Source: an uncultured Nitrososphaeraceae archaeon
Lineage (GTDB): Archaea > Thermoproteota > Nitrososphaeria > Nitrososphaerales > Nitrososphaeraceae
Length of the DNA stretch: 64,000 nucleotides
Reading direction: 5' to 3'
Assembly (NCBI GenBank): GCA_963837175.1
Contig: CAWIMJ010000034.1
Location: forward strand, 32,001 to 96,000
Under the pieces are notes generated by a model. The model had not been told where the DNA came from. It ran no database searches and was given only the letters and a program-made list of their open reading frames with translations. Below are positions 32,105 to 44,660 of this stretch, piece after piece (position 1 is the first letter of the stretch; the number at the start of each line of letters is the position of its first letter). The position numbers were made by a program, and so were the translations under genes.

Positions 32105-33604
32105 GTGGCTATAATAATAATCTTTAACTCTACTTCTTGCTTAACGCCACTGTTGATTGGTAATATAGATCGTTTGGTTGATTCCCAAATGTATAACCTT
32201 GTCTTGGACCTTCAGAAATTAATTCGCCAGCCTAGCGTTTCTGCAAAAAATCATGGTTTGTTAGAGTGTGCGTATCTTGTCTTAACCGTAATGCAAAAAG
32301 CAGGAATAAAGGCTCAAGTATTGCACCTCGAAAGTTCCAAAAATGCAGCTCCAATTGTTTATGGAGAGGTTAGATCAAGATCAAATCCAAGATCAAAGAC
32401 AGTTTTATTTTACAATCATTATGATGTCCAGCCTGTAGAGCCCTATGAACTATGGAAAGGAGATCCATTCGGTGGAAATATCAAAGATAATAAAATTTTT
32501 GGCAGGGATCTTCAGATGATAAAGGCGAGCTCATCACTAGAATAAAGGCAGTAGAGTACTTACTTAAAGAAACTGGAGATGTGCCTTGCAATATAAAATT
32601 TGTTGTAGAAGGAGAAGAGGAAATCGGGAGTATTCATCTTGAAAAGTATCTTTCACAATTTGCCAAGAAATTTTCATGTGACGCGATTATCTGGGAATCT
32701 GGATATATTGATGCAAAAGATCGACCTATTATAGGCCTTGGAACAAAAGGGATCTTATATGTAGAACTGATATCAAGAGGACCCTCTATCGATGTTCATT
32801 CAAGTCTAGCAGTTTTAATAGAAAATCCTGCATGGCGTATCATAAAAGCAGTTAATACATTGTGGGATGATTCAAAAGCTCAGATCCTGATAAAAGACTG
32901 GTATAAAGAAGTACGAGGATTTACTCCTGAGGAGCTCTCTTATTTTCAGACAGCCACTACCCTTTGATGAAGACGGATTCAAAAATAAATATGGCATAAA
33001 TAGACTCGTCGCAGATGCAAGAGGGACTAAAATCAATTTAGCGTTGATGGGAATGCCAACATGCAATATTTCTGGTATAACTTCTGGCTATACTGGTAAA
33101 GGTCTAAAAACAGTTATCCCTTCTATGGCCAAGGCAAAGATTGATTTTCGGCTTGTTCCAAATATGAGTCATGAAAAACAGTTTGAACTACTAAGAAATC
33201 ATCTTTATGAAAAAGGTTTCCAAGATATTACGGCAGTCTTTATTCATGGAGCATCATCGTCTAGAAGCCCACTGAATCATCCTTTTGTAATACAGATAAA
33301 GGAGTCTGCTATGAATAACTTTGGTGCTATGCCAGTTATTCATATGTCATCGTCTGGTGCAGGTCCCATGCACATATTTGTTAGGACATTTGGAGTTCCC
33401 TGTGTTTCTATTGGTTGCACTTACATATTTTCTAACATTCATTCTCATAATGAATATGCAAGAATGGACTTGTTGAATAGGACTACAAAATGGATCGCAA
33501 ATATAATTAAGAGATTTGCAAATTCTTATAACAAGTCGAAAATTGAATCGAGTGTCTTATCTGATTTGGTATCTGAAGAGTTAGGCATCTGGAAGAACTT
33601 TTAA
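32105..33604 (+). pseudogene. M20/M25/M40-family metallopeptidase (DapE/ArgE-like) split into three ORFs
   Basis: 'FYNHYDVQP', 'DDKG' (shifted frame), 'EGEEEIGS', 'DVHSS', 'HSHNE'. Confidence 0.85.
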
Positions 33605-34273
33605 ATCATAGATAAGAAACAGCAGCAAGTAATGCATACTTAATCTCTATTACAATAATTCGACATACCAGCTTTTGGCTTACGTGTTACGATTACAATT
33701 ATGTATAATCATCTCCAAGTAGTTTATGTATCATATAAAGAATGATTGGTTTGCCTGGCTGATAGTTCCAGATTTCATTGTCATTAATAGAGTGACGATG
33801 AACTAGGAACCAAATTGGATAACAGGGAAGAAAACGTCTCGATCATAGAGCTGCTACGATAATGTTATGTGTATTACTTTTGTAGGTATATCGCTTTGTT
33901 TTTCACTCACAACAGAAGCTGAAGATAGTACTCTTACATTATAAGAGCTTGAACATGAAAATTTTGAAGAGAAAGTTCCAAATAATAAAGGAGTTTAATG
34001 ATATGGCCTGAAGGATTTGTATATGTAAGAAATCATACGTTTGAAGTAATTAGAACTATTTTAGCAATCAAGATAGATATTTATATATAATGATATACTG
34101 AAGAAAAGAACCGAAAGTAACAAACCATTCCGTATTTGGAAAAGCTATTTTTATCCAAGCACACGTTACAATCCAGGATAACATTAAATCTGCAATGTTT
34201 ATAACCATATTATAAAATCTGCTTTTTAATTGTGTAAATACACATAATTCAAAATCAAAATCAAAATCGTAAT

Positions 34274-35026
34274 CTAAGTTCTCAAGCTTGGTACATAATT
34301 TTCGTTAAGCCTTGACACAGGGATCCTTTTTCCGCCTACAATTTTTATGTCTATCAAGATCTTTCCTTCTTTGATATTTATGATATTGTAGGCATTCTCA
34401 AAGAATCCTCTATATCTGTTTGAGGATGCTGTTCCAGCATATGCTATTTCTAAAGGTCCGAAATTCCAGATCCATGGTCGGTGTTTATGACCACAAAGAA
34501 CTAGATTAATTCTAGATCTAATACAGGTTCTTAGTATATCTCCAGCATCAAGTATAGGTTTTTGATCACTGCCTGTATCTGGAATACTTACCAAATGGTG
34601 ATGCATTGCAATAATCTTTAGCTTATTATTGAAATACTTGTTTACATTCTTCTCCATCCACAAGTTCTGCAAATATCCTACTTCTCCTTCATCTCTATCT
34701 GGCCTAGCAGTAGTAATGGTGAACAATATTACATTGTCAAATTCATAGATTTGTTTTGGAGAAGGAAAGAATTTATTGAAAAGCAAATATCCAGTGTGAC
34801 GGAAGTCATGGTTACCCGGCAAGACTATTACATTAGAACAGTGAAACTTATTGACTTCAGCGCGTGCCCGTCGAAACTGGAATAACAAACCATCATCGGT
34901 AAGGTCACCTGTAATTATTATGACATCTGGCTTTATTATGCTGTTAACCTCATAAACTATATTATCAAAGATGTCCTGTTTGAAAAAGCCTCCTATATGA
35001 ATATCTGATAGATGAACCAGTTGCAT
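34274..35026 (-). CDS. Calcineurin-like metallophosphoesterase (Icc/CpdA-like)
   Basis: 'SDIH', 'TGDL', 'PGNHD', 'MHHH', 'GHKH'. Confidence 0.9.
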   Translation of the reverse strand: MQLVHLSDIHIGGFFKQDIFDNIVYEVNSIIKPDVIIITGDLTDDGLLFQFRRARAEVNKFHCSNVIVLPGNHDFRHTGYLLFNKFFPSPKQIYEFDNVILFTITTARPDRDEGEVGYLQNLWMEKNVNKYFNNKLKIIAMHHHLVSIPDTGSDQKPILDAGDILRTCIRSRINLVLCGHKHRPWIWNFGPLEIAYAGTASSNRYRGFFENAYNIINIKEGKILIDIKIVGGKRIPVSRLNENYVPSLRT

Positions 35027-35416
35027 AGCCGTTTTTAATAATTCACTTCAAATGTAATATTTAATGAATGTGCTACCTTTTTGATATCTCGCCTTCTTTT
35101 TTACGACTCATTAAATTTCTCTTATCTGATTTTAGTTTTTCAACATCGATATAATGAAAAGATGAAAAGTATCACTTATCGGATAGCTTAAGAGATGCTT
35201 TAACAAATAGTCATAAAGCCTTCCTGTAATTATTTTGTTAGTTTACCCAAAGAATACTTTTCGTATTTATTCTAATTTACAAGATCTACAAAGCGAGTTT
35301 TCAACGTTAAAGTTTGCAAAATCATGGTTTTAATACATTAAGATCACTTGGTGTGCTAACGAATTTTCTCGGCGCCGAGAAGATTCGTAAAAAAGAAGAC
35401 AAAAACTGTGCAACTC

Positions 35417-36286
35417 TTATAGCTTCCTCTTTTCTTTTAGCAATATATCAATTTGACCATGCAATATGTTTTTGTGTTGCATTAAGGTTTCATAAGCTAT
35501 CCAATTATCTTCAATTTCAGAAATGATTCCCCCAATTCTGTTTAAGGCAACCTTTAATGCAATAATAGATTTATCAAATGACCTTTGAGCTTTATGGTCG
35601 ATATCTACCATTTTGATGGCAGATAAGTAAGGTTCTTTGTTGTAATTGTAAGCTGAATTTTCCTTGAGATCTTTAACTAATTCACGTACTTTTCTTGAGG
35701 AAAAACGATTCTTTGATATTAATTGTGTTAGCTGAGATTGTTTATCCTTGTCGTCTAGAGATAACAATTCTTCTGCTACAGCTGTACTGATTGAAGAATT
35801 AGAAATTGAGTTCAGAACATCTAAAGGCAAATCTAGCAGTTTTATGCGCCTATGTACATAGCTCACACTCTTGCCTATTTTTGCAGATAGGTGAGAGATG
35901 CCACCCCAACCATGATCCATAATATAAGTTTTAAATGCCTGTGCTTCTTCTTTTGGATCTAATGTTTTTCTTTGTATATTTTCTATTAGTGAGATTTCAA
36001 ATGCTTCTTTATCATCAAGATCTAGTACATGGCAAATAATTTTTCTCCAACCTAGGCTTTTACATGCATGATATCTTCTATTGCCTGAAACAATTTCAAA
36101 ATATGACTCTTTCGTTCTTACAAGTATTGGTTGTAAAAGCCCTTTCTCCTTTATGGAGTCAGCAAGTTCGATAGAGGTATCATCACTCATATTACGAGAT
36201 AAATAAGAAGATCGTTTTATCCTAGAAAGGTCAATATCTTCTATTATGCCTAGTATCAAGGGAGAAGAAGAAAATAGTTTTGACAT
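35417..36286 (-). CDS. ParB/RepB/Spo0J-family protein
   Basis: 'ELADSIKEKGLLQPILVR...IVSGNRRY', 'ENIQRKTL', HTH 'KIGKSVSYV'. Confidence 0.9.
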   Translation of the reverse strand: MSKLFSSSPLILGIIEDIDLSRIKRSSYLSRNMSDDTSIELADSIKEKGLLQPILVRTKESYFEIVSGNRRYHACKSLGWRKIICHVLDLDDKEAFEISLIENIQRKTLDPKEEAQAFKTYIMDHGWGGISHLSAKIGKSVSYVHRRIKLLDLPLDVLNSISNSSISTAVAEELLSLDDKDKQSQLTQLISKNRFSSRKVRELVKDLKENSAYNYNKEPYLSAIKMVDIDHKAQRSFDKSIIALKVALNRIGGIISEIEDNWIAYETLMQHKNILHGQIDILLKEKRKL

Positions 36287-36518
36287 CTTGGTAAAAAATA
36301 TGAATTATCTATTATATAAGAATATTCCAGTATTATTTATATTTTTTATAATATTTGTTGTCATTTCCTTTTTTCGTCATATCGCGAGCTCAATTCGATA
36401 TCTCAATACGCTCCCTTTTTAGAAATGGAGGCAAATGTTCTGATACTCTCTGGTGAAAGACCTGAGCAATATACATACGGTTCATTCAGCAGGAAGTATG
36501 TTGAAGAGGCTCTGTTAA

Positions 36519-36706
36519 CAGTTTTGTAAAGTAATGAATAGTGGTTTTCTGTAAAGTTGTAGTGGTCAATTAGAACTAGAAAAACTGAAAGCCCATAAAT
36601 ATGTTCTATTTTCTATACGATCAGCATATTATCAAGGTAGAATCTTCGTTTCATGACAACCACGGATGCTTTACATTAAATGACCACTGAGTTCTTTACA
36701 ATGCTG
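36519..36706 (+). mobile_element. 188-bp MITE (CAG...CTG ends, TTAA duplication) inside the left IS6 TIR
   Basis: TIRs CAGTTTTGTAAAG / CTTTACAATGCTG flanked by TTAA. Confidence 0.75.
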
Positions 36707-36753
36707 TTAACTTAACAATAAAATCTATAGCTTCAGACACTCTATTTCTTGTA

Positions 36754-37362
36754 TTGATACTTACCAAAAGAAATAGGACGTCTGCAAAAGATATTGGTTA
36801 TGGTTTATATCTATATTATCTTGATCTTTCATATAGAAATACAGCAAAAGCATTATCCAGGTTTGTAAAACGAAGCCACGTTGCTGTCTGGAAATGGATT
36901 CAAAAATATAAACCTGAAAGAATATCATACAGACGAAGAAAAGTTTCTGAATTGGTAATTGATGAAACACAAATCAAAGTAGGCAATGAATACTTCTGGT
37001 TATGGGTTGCAATCGAACTTATCAACAAATCAATTCTTGATATTTATCTTTCAGCAGAAAGAAACATGTTTGTTGCACAGAATTTTATTCGAAATCTGGT
37101 AAACAAATATGGAAAGCATCCAGTTTCTACAGATGGTGGTACTTGGTATCCGTATGCTTGTAAATTCTTAAAATTAAGACATCATCTTCATTCTTCTTTC
37201 GAGAAAAGCATCATAGAGAGAACAATTCAATACATAAAAGACAGAATAGAAAATTTCGATGATTACTTTCCGTGTAGAAAGAAAAGGTGTAAACTAAATC
37301 ATGTTACCAGCTGGTTCAATGTATTTGTTGACTCATATAACACTAATGGTTCCTTAAGTTAA
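36754..37362 (+). CDS. IS6-family DDE transposase
   Basis: 'LSYRNTA', 'VIDETQIKVG', 'VSTDGGTWY', 'IERTIQYIKDR'. Confidence 0.9.
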   Translation: MILTKRNRTSAKDIGYGLYLYYLDLSYRNTAKALSRFVKRSHVAVWKWIQKYKPERISYRRRKVSELVIDETQIKVGNEYFWLWVAIELINKSILDIYLSAERNMFVAQNFIRNLVNKYGKHPVSTDGGTWYPYACKFLKLRHHLHSSFEKSIIERTIQYIKDRIENFDDYFPCRKKRCKLNHVTSWFNVFVDSYNTNGSLS

Positions 37363-37550
37363 CAGCATTGTAAAGAACTCAGTGGTCATTTAATGTAAAG
37401 CATCCGTGGTTGTCATGAAACGAAGATTCTACCTTGATAATATGCTGATTGTATAGAAAATAGAACATATTTATGGGCTTTCAGTTTTTCTAGTTCTAAT
37501 TGACCACTACAACTTTACAGAAAACCACTATTCATTACTTTACAAAACTG
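37363..37550 (-). mobile_element. 188-bp MITE inside the right IS6 TIR (inverted copy)
   Basis: Reverse complement of 36519-36706 with one visible mismatch. Confidence 0.75.
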
Positions 37551-37841
37551 TTAACAGAGCCGTTGAAGATGTTCTAACCATTTTAGCCAATAAGATGAAA
37601 ATAGAATTATTTTATGCTATACTTTTACTTCAAGTGAAAAGATCCTCAAATATTCAGACTTATATTCTGATTGAAATTATATTGTTGATACAACTTATCA
37701 AGTTAAAACTATGTTAAGGAAAAAATGACATAGAACCTTGTAGCTCTAAACTACAGGATAATAGTCAGAAAGTGCATCAGCTTAAAAGAATAAGAAGAAC
37801 TATAGAACACTTAAAATTGAGATTAAAAAATTGAAAAGATT

Positions 37842-38264
37842 TTGGGTATCATTAATAGGAGGACAGAAAAATCTCTGATAGATCCTCAATTAAGAAGACA
37901 CAGAATCCTTCTTGTTGACGATGAATCCAATATGCTCTTAGCGATTAAACTTAGCCTAGTCAATAATGGATTTGATGTCGATACTTATGACAATCCAAGA
38001 TTAGCATTGATTAATTTTAAACCAAATTTTTATGAACTATTACTTACTAATATTAGAATGTCGGAGTTAAATGGATTAGAATTATATAAAAAGATTAAAA
38101 AAAAAGATTCTAGAATTAGGGTATGTTTTATTACTGCCTTTGTGGATTATTATAAATACATAGTAGAGAAGTTCAATTTGAACCTGCACTGTTTTATTCA
38201 AAAACCAATTACTATTGAAAAGTTAGTAAAGCATCTGGAGACAGAATTAGAGTCCTTGAGTTAA
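37842..38264 (+). CDS. Stand-alone response regulator receiver (CheY-like)
   Basis: 'ILLVDDE', 'LLLTNIRMSELNG', 'FITA', 'FIQKP'. Confidence 0.85.
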   Translation: MGIINRRTEKSLIDPQLRRHRILLVDDESNMLLAIKLSLVNNGFDVDTYDNPRLALINFKPNFYELLLTNIRMSELNGLELYKKIKKKDSRIRVCFITAFVDYYKYIVEKFNLNLHCFIQKPITIEKLVKHLETELESLS

Positions 38265-38509
38265 TTGGAATAGAAAGCTTTTATAAAAATTACATAATTA
38301 CATACTAGCTCGAATTAATTTATAAGAGCAGACGCAGACATATACACAATTGAAATTTTTTTGGATCTAGCAGATTCAATTTCTCATTGTGTTAGTTTTC
38401 TCTCTGCACGATAAGCGTGCAAAGCTTTTTTCTTCTGTCAACGTCTTTTGCTGATCTCTACCAAATCTATATGTTCTTTAATTTCATTAACCTCTTCCTT
38501 TTGCATTTC

Positions 38510-39373
38510 ATTATGCTATCTTTAGTAAAGAAGTACCACACAACAAAATTACGGCCTGAGGTCTTTGTATATATTGGTATTATTCTTATTTCTATTCCTA
38601 TTTTCACTATTCTATTAAGCAGTCCTATCACACCATCATCATTATTATTATTAGAATGGCTTACATCAGCATTTCACATTGTAAGTGCCTCAACTACTGC
38701 AGGTTTCCAATTCATAAGTATACCTTCAATATCATTCCAAGCAAAGATTCTATTGATAATACTTATGTTAGTTGGTGGAACGGCATTTTCTACTGCAGGC
38801 GGCATTAAAGTTGGAAGACTTTTACAAATTTTTCACAAACTCACAAAAAGAAAGACTTCAATAGATACTGCAAATAGATCAATATCTTCTGTATCTTCAC
38901 GATATAACAAATTATATATTAGCTACGAAGAGAGAGCAGAAAAACTAAGAGCAGATAAAACTTTTAGAGAATCTCTCCTTGTAATATTGTTATTTCTATT
39001 ACTATCTTTTATCACAGCTGCAATATTAAGCTATTTTGCTGAAAGAAACTTTATAGATTCTCTTTTTGAATCTGTTTCTGCTCTAACAACTACAGGAATA
39101 ACTACAGGAATAACTGCTCTTAATTTGGATTTGGTATCGAAGACTTTTCTTATAATAAATATGATTGTTGGAAGGTTCGAAATCATACCAATATTCTATA
39201 TATTCTTTGGAATATTAGAAAAATATAGCAAAGGAAAAGGTATAGCCTTTGACATCACCACATTCATTAGCAAGATTACAAAGCTTAAATTAAAGATGCA
39301 GAAAAAGAAAATATCAAATTTAAAGGATAGTATTAATGATCCAGATCGTTCTTGGAAAGATAAAAGAAGATAA
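38510..39373 (+). pseudogene. TrkH-type potassium transporter, C-terminal part only
   Basis: 'SASTTAGF', 'GGTAFSTAGGIKVGR', 'LFESVSALTTTG', 'MIVGRFEI'; N-terminal half missing. Confidence 0.75.
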
Positions 39374-39742
39374 TTCTTGATAACCAACCAACAGAATATA
39401 AAGACTTATCCAGAATATTCCATTTGATAAGTATACATTACCTTGTATACAATATAAGGTTGTTCACTTGAGGCGTCTATCTCTCTTGAAGAGTTCTGCG
39501 GCGAATTTGGTATCGGTTTTTTGTCATCTGTAATTAGATACAGATTTTGCAATAGACCAAAGCGGTGGTGTTGATGGCAGCGAAGATGGAGCAGATGTAT
39601 ATTTACATGTAATACGAAAAAAATATAAAAAATATTATATTGTACTATATTTAGTCAATTTTTAATGTAATAAACCTTTTATACATCATTTTCTTGAAAT
39701 ACTTATATATAAAGTAAATAAAGCGATTACAAGCAGGATCAG

Positions 39743-40867
39743 ATGTATAGTCCGAAAAACGATAATGGACGTAAGCCGGAAACCTCTATTCCGCTTCAAG
39801 TTAGTTGCGGCTTTGATGGCGTTGGTCAAAATGTCTTGGTGAGCGAGACCGACTTGCGTGATGTAATTTCGACCAATGCCCTAGCTGACAAAACAAACTG
39901 GGTGGATGAAGCGTGCAAACTCATCTTTGAGTCAGCTGGTCCACGATCCGGATTCGGATTTCTACTCCGTTACTGGCTATCTCGTTATAGCGACATCCCA
40001 CCCGCGACTCTCCTAGCATTAATGGCCGCCGCGATTGATCCCCCTGTTACAGCTACCTTCTACAACTTCTTGAATCCAGCGCTTACCGACGACCACGATA
40101 TCGACACAGAAGCAGATAGTATACGAAAGACGCTTATGGCGTCGGTACAAGACCCTGGTCTAGCCAATCTTGATACCTTAATCAAAAATGCCCTAAAAAG
40201 TGCTCGGAAATCTCATTTACCTCATTTATACGAAACCAAATGGAGCGCTGTTTACGTAGTCTCAATCATTAGAGGCGCTGCGATTCAACTCCAACTAGAG
40301 GCCATGGTCGGAAATTCTCATGAGGGAAAGGACAAATTGCTCTTAGCTGACTCATATCATAGTAGATACGTGTATAAAGCATATTCTCGCCGATTCGGCC
40401 CCGACCCAAGGAACGGAACTTACCACGCATTTGAGACTCAAGAATACCAGCCGGAAAAAGGTGATATAATTATTCAGGATATGGAGGCAGACAACATCGA
40501 CGACGTGCTGAAATTTGCAGAGATCCCAACCCGCCTTCATCCTGAAAAAGGTGATGATCCACCTCATCATACGCATGGAGACCTCGTGGTAGGAGTACAT
40601 CCAAATCACGATTGCGTAATAACACTTGGCGGCAATTTAGGGAAAGCATTTGAGGGAAGCGTGAGACGTCGCGCATACCCGTTAGATGCTGACGGACGTC
40701 TAATCGTGGACAGTAAGAGATTCTTCAGTAATGAGCTAAATGATGGAACTCTGCCTCCGCTTTCTGACGCTGCTGGCCCCTTCCGCAATAGCACCGGTAA
40801 GATATTCGCGTTATTGAGACCTGTCGTGGAATGCCATGAGATTCCGGCTCAGAAGGTTGACGAATGA
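39743..40867 (+). CDS. DUF2272-domain protein (CHAP/NlpC-like putative peptidoglycan amidase)
   Basis: 'WSAVYV', 'HSRYV', 'PEKGDII', 'HGDLVV', 'TLGGN...SV'; visibly more GC-rich than its flanks. Confidence 0.7.
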   Translation: MYSPKNDNGRKPETSIPLQVSCGFDGVGQNVLVSETDLRDVISTNALADKTNWVDEACKLIFESAGPRSGFGFLLRYWLSRYSDIPPATLLALMAAAIDPPVTATFYNFLNPALTDDHDIDTEADSIRKTLMASVQDPGLANLDTLIKNALKSARKSHLPHLYETKWSAVYVVSIIRGAAIQLQLEAMVGNSHEGKDKLLLADSYHSRYVYKAYSRRFGPDPRNGTYHAFETQEYQPEKGDIIIQDMEADNIDDVLKFAEIPTRLHPEKGDDPPHHTHGDLVVGVHPNHDCVITLGGNLGKAFEGSVRRRAYPLDADGRLIVDSKRFFSNELNDGTLPPLSDAAGPFRNSTGKIFALLRPVVECHEIPAQKVDE

Positions 40868-41212
40868 TTTGTAGCATAGTATGACTAGTTGAGTCACGAT
40901 TTGCTAAACCATCACGGCTTTTACTAGATTCTGGTCTCAGCATTTTTTGTACGAAATCCTTGAAGTATTTTAATAATAATGATACATATGCTATTCTAAA
41001 TTTACAACCTTATATCTAATGTATTTTAGATAAAAAATATAATAAAGATGGTAGAGTGTTATAAGTATGTCCCATACCAATAAAATAGAAAGCTTTTCGG
41101 ATTTCTTGAGCTCAATTCGCACCGCAAAACCAGAGCTTTATTCGAAGAAAAAAAATTATAAGGTTATGAATGAAGATGCATTTACAGAAATGAGGGAGTA
41201 CCTATCAAGAAC

Positions 41213-41328
41213 TACACTGCCTAACATAATTTCGTATATCTTTTAAAACCAAGTAAAAGGATTTTTTAAGCATAGTAAACCTTACATATTAAGAAAAATC
41301 TGTAAACGAACTTTTGTTAGTGAGTATA
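41213..41328 (+). mobile_element. 116-bp IS630-type MITE, copy 3
   Basis: Matches 2773-2888 apart from one base near the left end. Confidence 0.85.
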
Positions 41329-41659
41329 GTATCAGAGGGAGTTAGTTAGTTGGTTAGCTAAGAAGAAGAAGGCACGTTAGCATCTCGAGATGCTAACGTC
41401 AATGGTGCTAATGGTGCTGATGCTGATGTTGTTGCTGTTGTTGTACTTCTTGTTGGTTTCTGCATATCGCTGATACTTTCCTCTTTAGGTCATTCCATAC
41501 ATTACTAGGTGTCGTACTTACAGACATAGGTAACAAATTCACCTACAGACATAGGTTACACTTCTGCTAGGAATTGTATATCATATAGAAATAGAAACAA
41601 AGTTCAACCTAATTCATGAACATGGATGGTCTGGTATAACACCGTCATTAGTATTTGTA

Positions 41660-43224
41660 AAGAATGACCATTCATATCGAAATGGTGCATGTGTCATACA
41701 TATGATTAGACATTATATTGGCAATGATGCTTTCAAAAAATCATTAAATATTTACCTTGACAAATATAAAAATAAGACAGCTGAAACCGACGGTCTTAGA
41801 CAAATCCTTGAGGTAGTATCAGGAAAGAATTTGCAGCCTTTTTTTAATCAATGGATTTACAAAGCAGGCCATCCTGAGCTTGAAATAGAATATGCTTTAG
41901 AAGAGGAAAAGGATTCTAAGAAATTAAAAATTAAAATAACACAAAAACAAGAGCAACAAGAACAAGAAGAAAGTAATGAATTTGTCTTTGAATTTCCATT
42001 AGAAGTACGAATAGTCTTTTCTAATGACAGTAATGATAAAAAACCAGAAATCATCCAGATATCTAAAAAATTAACTGATTACTTGTACAATATTCCAAAA
42101 TATGAAAACATAAAATGGATTTCAATAGATCGAGTTTAAGATATTAAAGCAAATAAAGTCTTTGAAGATAACAGAGGAAAAAGATAATTTTAAATTAAAA
42201 GAAATGCTTATAAATCAATTAAAAAGTGCTAAAACAGTAATTGGGAGAATACAAGCGGCTACTATTCTTCAAGATAAGAGATATTCTGATGAATATGTAA
42301 TAGATGTATTAAAAGATATAATTTTCAGTAACACATTTCATGGTGTATGTGTAATTGCTTACAAACACTCTTGGATCCTATGCTTCTTCTAAGGATGAGA
42401 ATATTAAATCTAAAGTATATCAGACTTTAAGTGCATTTTTTAGAAGAGATAATGAAGGAAAAAACTAACTCTATTCAACATTACGTCCACAGATTAGACA
42501 AACATTAGTCACTGCATTAGGACGGTTTGAAAAAGAAGAGTCACTTGATATACTGAAACCATTGTTATCAGAGCAGAGCTATTTTGTAGAACAACAGGCA
42601 GCAATTGCAATTGGCAGGAGTAGCAAAAATCTCTCATCAGATAATCAAAAGAAAAAGGGTGCGATTCAATTGTTAAAAGATCTTACAAATACTACTACAA
42701 CATTTCAAAATCTGCTAGCTAGAGGAGCTATTGATGGTCTTAGGGAATTTTCAAAAGATATAGATAAGCAAATTGTCGAAGTTGCAGATATCATAGTTAA
42801 TAAGAGTAATTATGGAAATGAGTATTGGATGAGACGTACTGCCACTTCTGCTTTGGGTAAATTTTTACGTAATAAGGATAAGAAAGTAAATAACAAAGTA
42901 TTTGATCAGTTAAAGAATTTACTAAAAGATAATAGATTTTTTTGCAAATAGATGTGTGTATATCATTTGTAGATCCTGATGCTGAGGTATTGAAACCTGA
43001 TGGAAAGTTACTAGAAGCGATTGAGGAGATAACATGGGTTGCTGAACATGACTTGGATGGCTGGGTAAGAAGAGAAGCAGAGGTAAGTCTAAATAAAATG
43101 AGAAAATGAATTAAAGATTGGTTGGAGAAACCTATGGATCTAATTCTTAAGATAAGAGAAGAAGAAAAGGACCTAGAAGAAAAAACAATACAAGCAAGAC
43201 GAAATCTTACGGAACTATATTGAG
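41660..43224 (+). pseudogene. M1 aminopeptidase C-terminal/HEAT-repeat region, fragmented
   Basis: 'GACVIHMIRHYIG..AFKKSL..YL', 'FFNQWIYKAGHP', HEAT repeats, 'EHDLDGWVRR'; many stops and frameshifts. Confidence 0.75.
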
Positions 43225-44249
43225 GCTTTAGCATATTTTTAATTATCTATTTACTTTAAATTCTCAATTTTCGCTATTCATGATTGATAAGTTAATGTTA
43301 TTAAGAATCATTTGATTTTTAGTGTCTATTATTTGCTTATTCTATATTACTAAGTAAATTACTGGGGCCGCAAATTTATGTCCATAACGGTTCATAAACA
43401 CCAATTAACTTATGGTTAAAGTTTATCAGATCTGATCTGTTCTGACTTGCAAATCATTGATATGGATTTCATTCTTTTGTTCTATTTTAGGTCGTCAACA
43501 GTTGCCAATGAATTTTCTCTAAGTTAATACACTTTTGCTATGATTATATTCCCTATATTATCTAAAATATTATGTAGATCAAACTGCCAATACTTTCTAC
43601 ACTCATCAAATTATCTATGCTTGATTAAATTAAAATACTACATTATCATCTACATCCAAACGCAGTTCTCTCCGTGATAATTTTGCTCCTTCACGGTGCG
43701 CTTCTAATACTGTTTCTTTAAAATTGAGTTCTTTTTATCTATTATACTGTCAATATGTTCTTTAATTTCATTGACTTGCGGTTCAAATCTCCTATTATAA
43801 AATTGGAATATCAGTGATATTGCTTTCATCCTTTGCATATCATGTGTCTTGAAGTCATCAACAGTTACGCAACGCTTCTTGATAGAAGATTTGATGAAGA
43901 AAATGACTATCTTAAGAATGAAATTAATCTTAATATGAAGAACCTTGATCAAATAGAAACCTTGCTTTTAGGTTCAGTACCTTCCTATAGATAGTAATGA
44001 GATCATAAAAACCACAGTGTAGATATAGATGCATAGATAAGGTATTGATTAATTTGTGGACATATCACTACAATGCTGTTTTGATTACAAGATATTAAAA
44101 ATAAATACTAAACCCCTCTACCAATAAGGTTCAAACCCGACTGAACGCGGTTAGGTAGAGCAAGTTAGACCAATCCTAGCTAATATCATTATAATAAACA
44201 CATGAGTTTTAACAATACATTAGAGTGCGACCTATGAAGATATGTAAAG

Positions 44250-44430
44250 TATCGCCGGTATCCCCGAATCCCCGGAATAACCAAAATTGAGTTTAATTTT
44301 CTCATAATAATACCGGGGATATTATATTTCAACAAACATAATATCACCGGAATATTCCCGGACAAAATTAAGAAAATTCACGCTCAAAATTATCAATCCG
44401 GCGATACCGGTGATTCCGGGGATATTATAC
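44250..44430. repeat. Cluster of ~9-bp TATCNCCGG-like repeats in both orientations
   Basis: TATCGCCGGTATCCCCGAATCCCCGG (44250), CCGGGGATA (44314), ATATCACCGG (44341), CCGGCGATACCGGTGATTCCGGGGATA (44398). Confidence 0.6.
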
Positions 44431-44660
44431 ATACATCTTTTAGTTCTACAGCTGTTAAGTTATAGTGTAATTCGTCAGTACAACATAATTTGTATTATGT
44501 TAAGAGCTAATTTCAAAAGAAACTCACTACAATATTTAGTATATACATGACAGGACTATTATAGAGCCTATGAATTCAAATACTGTGTATTGGTAACAGT
44601 TGGAAACAGATGATAACAGAGATAATGAAGCTATAGCAATGATAACAAAATTGGTATCAC

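Larger units (their letters stand above)
36508..37561 (+). mobile_element. IS6-family element with 8-bp TSD (GTTGAAGA); both TIRs interrupted by a MITE
   Basis: GGCTCTG...CAGAGCC ends; GTTGAAGA at 36500-36507 and 37562-37569. Confidence 0.9.
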
